A stretch of 42,788 bases of DNA from Conidiobolus incongruus B7586 (Eukaryota): the NCBI GenBank assembly GCA_000697335.1, contig JNEM01008792.1, positions 1 to 42,788 of the forward strand, written 5' to 3'. Below, one piece after another: positions 22,981 through 35,800 of this stretch. Every line of letters begins with the position of its first letter. The first letter of the stretch is position 1. Both the position numbers and the translations under genes were made by a program. The notes under the pieces were generated by a model, which saw nothing but the letters and a program-made list of their open reading frames with translations, did not search any database and was not told the origin of the DNA.

Positions 22981-25566
22981 TTGAGCTTATTAAGTGACAG
23001 GTCAACCAGTTCATGAAATTAGGTACCTCCAATGTGACTTCTTGAATCAGTATGGTAATCAGAGTTTCTTGAGCGATGGACAAGATTATTCTCCATCATT
23101 ATTAAAAACATGCAATATATTTTTATAGTTCGAACTTCAAAATTTATCGATAGAACTATTTAGGGTGGTTGAAACTGAAGTGTTATAAGAAAATAAGAAT
23201 AAAAAAATATTTGAACGTTGGTACATTTACTTTTAACGATATATTTAAACATTTTTCAAAATGCTTACAATACCGTTACAACTAAAAAATTTGATAAAAT
23301 TTTATTGACATGATCATTTTGATTAAATATTTTAAATGTTTTGAAGTTTGGCTGTTTAATATCAAATTCAATGATTGATTAAGAATTCTAAATATAATAA
23401 CCTCTACTAAATTACATAATGAAAAAAATCCATATTACTTTTTAGGGATAATGATCACTCAATATTACCATAAATAATAAAAATGATTTTTTCAGTTTTC
23501 TTTTGAACCAATTGGATTATTGATAAAATTACTTACATATGAAAACATTATATTTTTTAGCTACAATATAGCACGCTTTTAAATAAACATCACAAATTTC
23601 AGACTAATAATTCGTATTTATCATTAAAATAATATAATAATTAAATAATTGGAGTTAAGGGTATAAACTAAATATATCATTCGAAAGCTTCATTATTAAG
23701 TATTGTTCTATCTATCCAATTATGGCTTATTTTTAAAATCTTAAAATCAAATAATCTTTATATCATCCAAAAAATTATCATATTTCAAAAATTAATCATT
23801 TCAACTATAACAAAAATCAGTAACAGTCATTTTTGATATATAATCTATGTAAATTATGGCTATTGATATATCTGATTACTAAGTAAATATTCCTAAAATG
23901 ATGAATACTGTAATTGAATTGCTAAGTAAAATCTATAAAATATTTATAGTAAATTTCGGATTAGGCAGTTACCTAACTTAGTTTATATATTGTATTATCA
24001 TAATAGACATCTTGTTATATTATCAAAGGCTATTCAATCTTATCAATATTTCTAATATTGGGAATTAAAATCTATTTATAAAAGTTATTGATGAAATAAG
24101 CAATTTAATATGAATATTCAAAATGATAAATTATTAATAATTTATATACATTATAATAATGTACATCGATATAAAATAGCTTGCAAACCAATATATAATG
24201 TATCTGAAATGTATTCAAATTTATGTTCCAGACCTGTAGGATCTGAGTTATTAACGGTTTTTGCATGGATCTTTGATAAGTTTTATGAATACATATTCAT
24301 CAATAGATGATGATATCATTAGTATTTGGGTTAAATCAAATGATATTTCAATAATCACAGTTGAATATCCTTGAATTTGAAAATATTGAAATAGTCATAT
24401 TGATATGATTTAATGAATTTTGATACACAATACTTGTACAACTTTCTGCCAATAAATTGATTAATCATTATTAAAAAATTCTTAGATGTTTACGTCATAA
24501 TTCATACATTTAATATTTTTAGAATTTAATATTTTATTTTATAAAATTTATTTTCATTAATTATTTTATATTATTTAATAAATAAATGCTTAAATCGGCA
24601 TATTAATCCACCTAGGATATATTTTATTAATAATTTATCTGTAGAGATTTCACGAGCCATTTGATTAATGCTAAATTCAATCTAAATATATTAATTTTAA
24701 TACTGGTAATATTGTTTTATTAATTGTTTAATATTTTAGCTTTCTATCATACAAGCCAAAATTCTATATAATATTTCTTAACAGGTTATTAACATCACAT
24801 TCCAATATAACAAATATATTAGCCAACAAAAAAATATTTTTATCCAGTCATCTTAGTCATCAGCTTGAAAATCTATTAAAGCAAAATTAAGAAAAATGAA
24901 ATTCTTAATTTAGAATTTTTAAAAAATTATATATTATCCATATATGAAATTATATAATTTCTATTTGGAATGATACTTGGTATATTAAAATATTTGATTT
25001 ATTAATAGGAGTACAATATATCAATATAAGTGCATTAATTGTAATAATATGAATTCATGTAAAAATATGAAAATTTGATGATTGAATCAAAAATATTAAG
25101 ACAAAATCATGAATATAAGTAATATTGATGACAATTTTCAATGATTGATATATAAAGATTATTTATTAGTTTAAATTATATATAAATAAATATATGTGAA
25201 GTCATTTATACAAAATATACATTGGTTGGTTAATATGAAATTACAATAACGTTAATGCGGGTAATGATGAGGATTAATTAAATGATTACGTAGCAAATGA
25301 AATTTATGTGCCGATTATTCGCATTGATTGAAACAAGATCATTTCATTGATTAATGATGATGAATGATCAATGCTAACTGAGTCTCAAACTTCAGTGCAA
25401 TCTATGTTTCTATTGGTTTGTTGATGCGAAAAGCGGATTGGAGAAGAGCTATCATGACTGAGATCAGTCTTTTGAGCCAGCTATAAAAGTATCACCAGTC
25501 TTAATTTCGAAAGCTGTATCAATGAACCTGAACCTCTTGAGAAGTTCAAGAGATAAATACGGTCGA

Positions 25567-26281
25567 TTAAAGGAGCATACAAGATCCAAATTTGACACGA
25601 AGTTTAGGTTGTTTCAAACAGGCTTTTGTCGCTGCTTGGAAGACAGCAGTGACACCTTCTCCAGTTCGAGAAGAGCATTCCAAATATTTAATAGATCTAA
25701 TATGATTCCTTAACTCAACTCCTTGTTCAAATGTGATGGGAGATTGATTATTATCAGAAAGCTGTTTAACAGTGGCTGGATCTGTCTTAAGATCAGATTT
25801 GAGTCCGACTAAAATAGTAGGAACTCCTTCGCAGAAATGTTGTACCTCGGGATACCATTTGTGGATAACATTTTCATAGGAAAGAGGTGAGACTAAAGAG
25901 AAAGTGATAAGTAGCACATCAGTATCTGGATAAGATAGAGGTCTGAGTCGATCATAATCTTCTTGACCAGCTGTGTCCCATAGAGCAAGCTGAACTTTCT
26001 TTCCGTCAACGATCACGTTGACGATTCTATTTTCAAATACAGTAGGAATATATCTCTATAATAAAGATTAGCACAAGCAACAGTGATCAAAGCGAATGAC
26101 AAACCTCAGGAAATACATTTTCAGTAAACACAGTCAGAAGACAGGTTTTGCCACAGCCACCATCCCCTACGATGACTAACTTCCGACGAGTATCGGGAAT
26201 AGGATTGCGATTTAACTAAATATGATATATTAGAATAAACATAAGAATATACATATAAAATATATATACTTTGGAAGACAT
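25567..26281 (-). CDS. Rho-family small GTPase, Rho4-like, ~203 aa, 3 exons
   Basis: Exons 26281-26270, 26215-26105, 26055-25567. Motifs [13 protein letters not shown] (P-loop), [43 protein letters not shown]-terminal CAAX CMLL. The GDGGCGKT variant suggests the Rho4 subgroup, but this is not certain. Confidence 0.95.
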
Positions 26282-29200
26282 TATAGATCGGAATGTGAGG
26301 TAAAGTCTGATGTTTTATATGAACAAGTAAAAATTGAAGAGGGTGCGCTCAACAAAGTCAATTTTTACCAAGCACAAGTAAATAACTCAAAGAAAGTGTA
26401 GCTGAGTGATTTAAATATCAATTTTTTGATTCCATCATATCAAATGACTCCATAGTACTCAGATTAATTTGGCCTACCACACTCTCTTTTATCAATGAAT
26501 GTAATTGGAATTGAGGACTAAATTGTTTTGGACACAAACTGGTTTTCTCCTTCTTCCAACTATGATTTCGTGATAGTGTCATCTTTTTGTTGAATCAAAT
26601 GTGAAAAATAGATATTTTCTGATATTTAGCTGGGTATGATTGGGCCAAGATAATAAAATATTTGATGAACAGCTCAATCTCAAGTTCACTTTATATCGAT
26701 TTATATTTTTGAATTGTGTTAGTTGCTATGATCTAATAACTCCGCAAATTCACTATTTCTACATCTAATAACATTAATTTAGATTAAATAGCGTAGTTTT
26801 GATTATATTTTTGAATACCAAATCAGATATTATATCTTATTTAAATATTTGCTACTTTATATATTAAATAACCAATTAATATTCTATTCAAATATCTATC
26901 GAATTTTCAAATTTAAATAACTTGTAATAAAAGTACACTTCTCTATACAAAGTATTAGTTAACTTCACGATAAAGTATATTTTACGAATAGTTAATTCAC
27001 TTGAAATGATGACATATTAATCTTAATTACAAATATCGATAAAATAATTTAATTCATACCTAAAAATATAAGATGGATCCATTTGAATCTTTTGAAATCA
27101 ACCTTGCCTTTGGCTAAACAGTTCATCAATTTGATGACGTTTTATTATGAGCTATCATATCTATTGATTCTTTCAAGAAGCTTTTAATTGTCAAGTATAA
27201 TACATATCATTTAAATACAACTTAACATTCACATCTCAAAATTATCACATTTACTACTTGATTGGGTAATATTGAAATTAAAATGATAATTTATTCCAAG
27301 CATATGTCAATTATTATGGTATAGGTACTTCATTTATGTAACAAAATACTAATAAGTTTCAGTTACATAATTATAATGGTGATTTAATATAAAAATACTT
27401 AAATCCCATATTGAAGCAAATATAAACTAAATAAGTTAAATAATAATAGTTGACATTATTTATCTCGATAGTGATAGGAGTTAAATTAAGAAAAGTTGAA
27501 GGCCATTTATTGGGATTAAACTAATGTTTAAACGTGGTTATTATTCATTAAAACCTATCCAATATATTAACTGTCCATCTCACATTAATTTCATATCTAA
27601 TTAATATCCATACTTATAAGCATCATTTTATTTTCACAGCATCCTTAATATAAATTATTTTAGCGAAGTTATTAATTGTGCCTTAATATATTTAGAAATG
27701 TTTAATAAAAAAAATAAATTAAAATGTAAATGAAGTATGTTTTGATTAAGTGATTCAAATATTTTAAATTCAATATTAAAAATGATCAAATATTTCTTCT
27801 TCACCTGATTATAATTATATTTATATTATAAATTGAGATTATAAAAAATCCCAAGTCATTTTTGACTTAAATATTTGGATATAATAGTAAATTTACTCAT
27901 AATAATATAATTTATTATCTAAAAAAATATTTGACATGGTTTCAAGTAATTATCACAATACATTCATAGGTATGTTAATTTCATATTATAATGTGAAAAT
28001 GTTATAATTATCTATATAAAATCATTTAAATGGACTGGTATTTACAGTAAAATTCTTAGTAATAATAAATAATTCACTGAATTACAGGTTTAGTCCACTT
28101 AAAAATGAGTTAAATACTTGTAATTGTTCATGTTCTGGATAATTTGATGTTTGATGAGGTAGGCAAGTTCAACAATATGTATTGTTGGACTACTCTAGTC
28201 AATATATTTTGCTATTGTTCTATCGACCGCAAAGAAGATAACCTTATGATCAATTTTACTGTTATAGTAACCCCATCAAAATTACAATTATGTAAATGAT
28301 TAATTATATTGATCAATCTTATTATAATTAGCAGGTAGATAAATTATTCTTCATTCAATCTTAAGCTTATTAAAAAATATTTTTTTAAATATAATAAATA
28401 TATGGTATATAAATAAACTGTACAATAACCATTTTAAAATACTATACCCAAGCATTGTTTATTAGTATGGTGACTGTTGATAAATAATGATGACGTTAAA
28501 AAATGACTAAATTTGGTACCACCTAAAATCAATCTCTGAAGAAAGCATTTATAATAAACTAGAGTAATATTTAGTTTAACAAATTAACAATCTCAAAATT
28601 ACACTGTTATTGAATTTGGCATTTTATTCTGAATATAAAATGTCACTAAAAACTGATATATTCTTAAGAGCGTTTAGGAATAATTCAGAGATATTCAGTT
28701 TATTTTAAGTTTAATAGTATTATCAAACAATTTTATGGATATAGTTAAAAATAAACGAGCCTTGGGATACTCGAGTCAAAATGAGACTTTATAGAGTTTT
28801 GATCACAGAAATATAATTTAGTTGAAACTAGTCTTATTCTACGATATATGCATTTTCAAACTAACTTGTATTTTATTAGACATATACAGTATAATTCTTT
28901 TAATAATATTTTATTATGAATTAATATATTTTTACTCAGAGCAAATTGCATCTGTCTTGAACAATATCTATTAGTGTGTAAAAACGCAATACATTTGGTT
29001 TTATTGAAATTATGTTTTAGCTACAGAAAAAAAATGCTTTTTTAAATTATATTGTATAACTGACAATGAAGCTTGTGGCTTTGGTATATTATATAATTTT
29101 TTCAAAAGATGAAATATTTATTTAATATTATCAGATCTTTAATAGGTTATTCTATCACTTGAAAACATTTTACAATCAGTATTAATTCAATTTTCTTGCT

Positions 29201-30120
29201 GTACTTCTGAAGCTTATTCATTTAATAGCCGATTTAATTGAAACCAAAATAGATACTAAGTCCAAAAATTTATATATTTTATATTTGTCAAATTGGTTTT
29301 TTTTATACCTTCATATTTTGAACCCAACAATTTTTAACTGTAGCTGGCAAGGGGCTAGAACTAGTCTTTTAATAAATCTTAATTTTAAGTATGAAATATA
29401 TGTTTTAATAATGAAAAATTTAATAATTTTCAGACTTTTCAATATTCAATTAATAGATTATTTTTTACATTGATAAATGTGAATAAAAATAAGCTATTGA
29501 AATTGAATTAGTAGCTATTTATTTCAGATTAATTATATCAAATACAAATTGAAAATTTCAAATCATTCTAAAATATTTTAGATATATGTTTACATTCTTG
29601 TCAAAAATATCAATATCTTATATATTTTGTTTCAGTTTAGTATATATATTATATTTAAATTATATATAATTAGAATAAAACTTAATTAAATATTTGAAGA
29701 GATATTTTAATTTTATATTTAATTATATTAATCATCAAATTTATTGAATCCAATTATATGTATAATTAGTCTAATTGATGTCGATTCAAATAGTCACAAA
29801 TATTGTAAAATTGATTAACTTATTTATAATAGTGAATATGTCTCATCAAATTGAAGATATATATTGAAATACATCAATATAAATCACTTCATTTATCATA
29901 TATAATATTATTATTTAAACATTTAAAAAACTAGATCTTAAGACCTTTAAAGTCAGCTATATTCTATTTAACCTGATATATGTTATTATAATATATAAAT
30001 GAAAAAAGAATAAAATGGGAATAAAATAACTAAATTCACAAAGTATTCAAATTTGAAAATAAAAGGTAAATGCATTAAAATATAGTTTTAATGGTACTAT
30101 ATATTACATATATTAATCAA

Positions 30121-32143
30121 TTAGAAGTCGCTAGATTGAATTCTAGAAGTAGGAAATGCAATTGAATTTGGCAATCCTCTCAATTGCTCAATACATAAAC
30201 TTGAAGCTTGACCAACTTCATCATAAATAGGCTGGGCTAAGTTTCGGTCATGTTTCCATATTTTAACGGTTCTGTCATCAGATGTAGTTGCCAGAGTACC
30301 TGGTTGATTATTAGACCAGCATACATCATTCACTTCGCCAAGGTGTTTGAATAAAACATAGGCGTTGGAGTCTATGTCTTGACTTTGAACTTGTTTTGAA
30401 ACTTTGGTATTCCATATAACTGCTGCATTAGATGAAGATCCTGCAGCTAAGAGATTCAAGTTGGAATCAATTGAAAGTTTTGAGTAGTATGATTTACCAC
30501 TGTAAAAATTAGGAGAGTTCATCCTCTTGATAACATGAGTTGGATCTTTGGAATTCAATTGATAAATAATATCATCAGAGCAAGCTGCAAAGATATGGTG
30601 ATTAACTGGATCCAAAGTCATACTAACAATCCCATAGACCCTTTCTCTAGAGTTAGATGGCGTATATTCTAAAATAGGCTGAGGATATTCTTTATGCTGA
30701 TGCGACCCATGACCTCCACTGGATCTCAAATCCCAATATTTCAACTTTCCATCGACAGCACCAGCTGATGCAAGTGTATGGAAAGTGTGATGTAGGTATG
30801 AAACTGAAGTGACGCTATGAGAATGTGAAGAAGTGGGAGCATTGGTTCTTTTTCGAGTAGTGGATGTAAGAGATAGGCGATGAGTGTGGCACTGTTTAAT
30901 TATATTCACCTTACTGCTGACAAAAATATCCTTATTTTGAGCAAATCGCTTTTTGAATCGCATATCCCATATACAAATATTTCCGTCTCGCGAACCAGTT
31001 GCAAATATGGCTATAAAAAATAATCTACCAGTTAGTGCGTTATAGGGCAACGAAAATTTTGAGTCTACCTGGATTAAAAGGGTCTAAACTGATGGATCTT
31101 ACAGTTGAATCATGTCCCTCAAAGAAATCCAGACATTTTCTGGTTTCTGTGTCCCAAAGTTTGACCAGTCCATCTCCCGATGATGTCAACTAAATAAATA
31201 ATCAATTTATTAAATTATCTCAATTGATCATGGTTGAATACGAACAAACTGAATATCATTATGGCACCATGCGGTATCAAATATCGCTGTTGAATGAGCC
31301 TGGAATCGAAAAAGGTTAGATTTATTCAGATAGAGGTTATCTACTGTGTCAAGAAGAGAAACAGCTCCTTCTTGGCCTCCAACCAAAAGATATCTACCGA
31401 AGTTTGCTTCTAAAAAGTCATGAAAGGTTAATTATGTATAAATATAAAATAGTATTTAAGTAAATACCTGTTGAAAAAGTGCATGATAATAATATAGATT
31501 GTAAGTTAACGGAGTCTTTGTAGGCATTTGTAAGATATTGAGGAGATATTTCCTTATTGACTAAGGTAAAATGAGTAAAATTATTTACAATTTGATCTAT
31601 ATTTATACCTCTTTTTGATACGGAGTGGTAAGGATGCTTTATAGGATGAAGCAACTGTCTGAAGGCATATTGAATGAGAGATATTTGTTTTGGAGAGTGG
31701 ATAAAGCGTTTCTTCTGAGTACGTTCAACGGAAAGTGATCGAATTAGACTTGAGCATTTTGGGTTGAAATCTGATTCTTCAGATCGATGGGGTTCTAATA
31801 ATGGGTTTAAATATTACTAATTAGATTATAATCGGTTAAAGATGGAGATGAAATTTACCTGAAGCAGATGTGTTATGTCTATTCGGACTGAAATAATCAG
31901 AAATTAGTCGATTTTGTCTAACTGGAGCTGAGTAAAGGGGTTATTTTACTATTACTATAAACATATGCACATATGTTATTATATTGAATTACTTGTAATA
32001 ATGCGGTTGGAGCTACGAATAGGCGAATTGGGAACATTTCTTTGAATTCGATTAGTAACTAGAGAAGATTGATCTGATATTCTGTAGGTTCGAGTATTAG
32101 GATTTTCATTTATAGATGATCCACCATTTATGGGTGTATTCAT
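30121..32143 (-). CDS. CDT2: Cdt2/DTL (denticleless) WD40 substrate receptor of CRL4 ubiquitin ligase, ~557-573 aa
   Basis: Exons 32143-31993, 31927-31859, 31794-31468 (possibly split by a 48-nt intron 31608-31561), 31409-31246, 31189-31069, 31010-30121. Motifs AHSTAIFDTAW, TSSGDxxVKLWD, FATGSRDGNICIWDMR, ASAGAVDGKLKYWDLR, YYSKLS, GSS, HxGEVxxVCW, TSDDRTVKIW match Cdt2/DTL. The 5' exons are less certain than the WD40 exons. Confidence 0.85.
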
Positions 32144-32237
32144 GTTTTTTCTAATATACAATTAATTATAGTCAATTAGAACAAAGAGTTTTTATTAAAG
32201 GGTATCAAATTTAATTATAGATCTAAACAGACAATTT

Positions 32238-32243
32238 ACGCGT
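32238..32243. promoter_or_regulatory. MCB element ACGCGT (MBF/SBF, or E2F-like tttacgcg) 95 bp upstream of the cdt2 start codon
   Basis: aatttACGCGTat in an otherwise CpG-poor AT-rich spacer; cdt2 orthologs are established G1/S targets of MBF (fission yeast) and E2F (animals). Confidence 0.6.
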
Positions 32244-32846
32244 ATTTAATAACATAAATTCGATAGTTTATTTTTCAATTCATATAATTCATTAAACCAA
32301 TTAGCATTGAACTGAGTTTTCTCAATAATACTTGTTCATTCCAAAAGTATACAAATTAAATCAAATATTAATTATCCTAATTTCCTAATATATTTTTATC
32401 AAATATTATAACCAAGATTTATTTTGATAATTATCAAGAAATGTTTTTTATAATTGTATATTTGACTTGGTCAATGAATGTAAAAATTTGGCATAAAAGA
32501 ATAAAAGAAAATATATCTTATAGTGTTCATATCATAGTGATAATAAAGATGTTGTTCAACTTTAAGGCTTTAATTATTTAAGTGTTATTACAATTAATTT
32601 AATACATATCAATAAAATATAGTGTCATAAATTATCAAATATTTAATAACATTATTATATTTGCTATTTCATTCGAATATTATGAATGAAAACCAATTTA
32701 GGACTAGTCAAATGATATAAAGATAGCAAGTTAATTTCATATTATTTTTAATGATGGATAGTAATAAAAAAAATATAAATAAAAGAATGTGATTATAAAA
32801 TATGATTTAATGATAATATAATATTCCAATGAAAATGATAACTGAA

Positions 32847-35800
32847 TTAGAGCCACATAAACCATTCAAAATCGGTTTGAATCAGTTTGGTAGGATTGGT
32901 AGCCAGAGAGATCAAATTGCAGATCATGTCATTGATGGGAACAGGAGGGATATTCTCACTATCCAAGTTGGAAGGAAGACTTAGAGTGGATGCTTTGTAT
33001 TTGATCGAGTCTAAGTTTTTGGTAACAATCTCAATCATTTTGGCATGGTCCAAAATTTTGCCGTCTTCTACAGGGTTCGATGAATTTTTAGCATTCCAGT
33101 CAATGTATTCATCCTTGAGGATGAGGCTTAAAAACTCAGATAGTTTAAACTTGGGCTCGACGGTAACTATACCAAGTGTCAATAAGGAGCTGGTAAAGGT
33201 GCCTTCAACTCCAGTGGTTGTCATGAATTTAACAAGATTTGGAGTCAAGCGGAAAGGCACAGGTTCATTGCTCATTATTTTAGGTTCAGATTGGGACCAG
33301 TTTGGCAAAGCATCGCTTGTCCAGACATTGCCAGATTTTTGAGAAATACATATTTTATGAGGGCTTCGCTTGTTGATGGTCATGACATAAGTTAAATAGG
33401 TGAAGAGGGCAATCTGATTGGTGAAATGTCTTCGAAGAATCCAGTATTCTTCTTGATTGAGGTAGAGCTTACTAAAATGATTCATTAGGATGTTGTCACT
33501 AACCAATTTGGACTTAATTTCGGCAGCAATATCCATTTTGTAAGCAAGGATTTCATTAGGATTGATGTTTTTGGAGGAGAGCAGTTCTTGGCATCTCTGT
33601 GCATATAGGTCAAACGCATCATCTGGATGGATTCCTTTGGTGCCACAGTAGTCGGTGTAAAGTTTTTCCATAGTAGTGGAGCTGGGGTCATATTCTTGAA
33701 GATAAATAGTGTGATTGAGCATTGTTGAATTGGGGATGTGGTATCGAAGACTTTTGCGGCGCGATTCTTTGTTTCGATCAAGAATGTCATTGATGTATCT
33801 CAAAAGTTGGAAGATTCTTTCTTGTCGAAGCGAGTTTTCGGAATTATATAGCTGAGCAAAGAACGGATACTCTAAGCCGTTTTGACCACGGATCACAAAT
33901 GTCTTGTAGCAATAATTACGATCACACTTGGTTTTTGAAATGGGTTCAAATCGGTTGATTTTAACAAAGTTCTTGTTGTCTTTGGTATAATTAGAGTACT
34001 GACCAGGGATTTCGAAATCAGATATCTTAATCAGATTGAATTCCACCAAATATCGATTGTAATTTAAGATTGGAGGGATTTGGTCAGCTTTTTGGATAAT
34101 TGATTTGAAGCGAGCAGTCCACACGTTGATTCTGTTTTTGATTTGCGGAAGAGTTGGATTATTATAGAATATGGCCTTAAATGCGGCGCTATCTGATGTT
34201 ATACCTAGATTGATAGCAAAATCTCGAATGTTAACATCGGATGAATCCATATGAGGGGATTTGTTCAAAGGGTCCAGGCAATTCGACAAATATCTTTGCA
34301 TGACTTCCTCCTTGAGTTGTTGAATGTGGCGGTAGGTATCTTCTTCAGACGTTGGAGCGAGTTTAATCATCAACTGGGTTATTAAGAGATCAGCAGTGTT
34401 GAAGAAGAGAGGATAGAGCGATTTGATCATTCCAGCAATATCCTTCAAGAACTTTGAGGATGATTTGAAGCCGTCGTTTTGGAGAATTTTGCTTGCAGGG
34501 TCAGGATTCTCAGAAGAGTTCTCTGTCTTGACGCTTGGGACGCTGAGTTGTTCGGTGGATTCAGAGACATTTCCAGACTCAGAGAATGCCTCTCCTGGAG
34601 GAAGAGCACAGTTGAGATGGTAAATCATCGATTGGGGAAAGTTTTTGGAAATGTGGTAGAAATTATGGAAGATTACTTTGAAGCTTGACGTCTTCAAGAA
34701 TGTTAAGAGCTGAGGAATAAAAGAAATCCAGTACCACAAGGGATATTCACCACGATACGTTTCAAATGCCTTGGCAATGTTATTATCTTGATCATAGTTC
34801 AGAAGCCATAATATCTTCGATATCAGTTTCCTGCATTTATAATCTCGATTGCTTACGGAGGCTTGAAGGAAGCAATGGATGGCATATACAGCAGATTCTG
34901 TATCGCTAGTATTATTCATGAATATTTCTTCATTGAACTTACCCCAGGATTCCCATACAAGCGCTAAACTAATGTCCAGCTGACTGGCAGTTGCAAATGC
35001 CTTCTTGGCATCCTCAATTTGATTCAGCTTGGAGTAGAATTTGGCCTTCATTGAATAAAATTCAGATTTTTGAACCGATGTAAAGTACTTCAAATTGGTG
35101 ACATTGAGTGTATCCAACCCAGGTTCCCAATTCCCTGATCTCAAGTTGCATTTAGCATGCTCCATGATTTTCATGAATGCTTCTTGAATCTCAATGTTGG
35201 GAAGCGTATATATCTTATTCAAAAGATCTTGGCAAGCTTCTATTAGACCATGCTGTCTGATTACTTTAGCAAAACGATTGCTAAGCCAGGCTTTTTCATG
35301 AGATCCGCGATATACGATGGAGTTATTAGGCATAGGGACCGGGTGCTCGTTGGTGGAACCATCGGCATTCGTATCCTTGTACTCATTTAAAAACGGAGTG
35401 AAAATTTTATCAATGCATGAAAAGATATGACTACGAGATGATAGCAAATCGCTCCAGGCATCTAAGTCATCCCATTCGTTGGGCAAGCGCTTTCTCCAGA
35501 TCATGAGCAGTTGACGGATTTCTTGCGCCTTTGCCTCCAAATTACTTAATTCAGTATTATGCAAAGAGGAGATGATATGGAACGATTCTTTGAGTTCAAC
35601 GTATTGATGGCAAGTATGCAAAAATGGAAGATGGGCAAGCGTGATAGTGAATGGGAGTTGGGACCAATATGTGATAGTAGACTGAAGTGCTTCTTCGCAA
35701 AGGTGGTGGTATTTGTCCGTTAAGCTGGAATCGTCTAATGATAAAGCTAATGTATGATAGGCTTGATAAAATTTGAATTTGTATGGGGGAAGTTTCGAAT

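Noticed and set aside
24150..24400. Minus-strand SSIDEY resembling a DDE transposase first-Asp motif
   Set aside because: No other transposase motifs or terminal repeats at the expected spacing.
25264..25380. Possible C/D box snoRNA (ATGATGA ... CTGA)
   Set aside because: No terminal stem or recognisable rRNA guide; these short motifs are common in AT-rich DNA.
28080..28300. Peptide ...IFCYCSIDR resembling a GPCR TM3/DRY segment
   Set aside because: Too short and interrupted by stops; cannot be distinguished from chance without a search.
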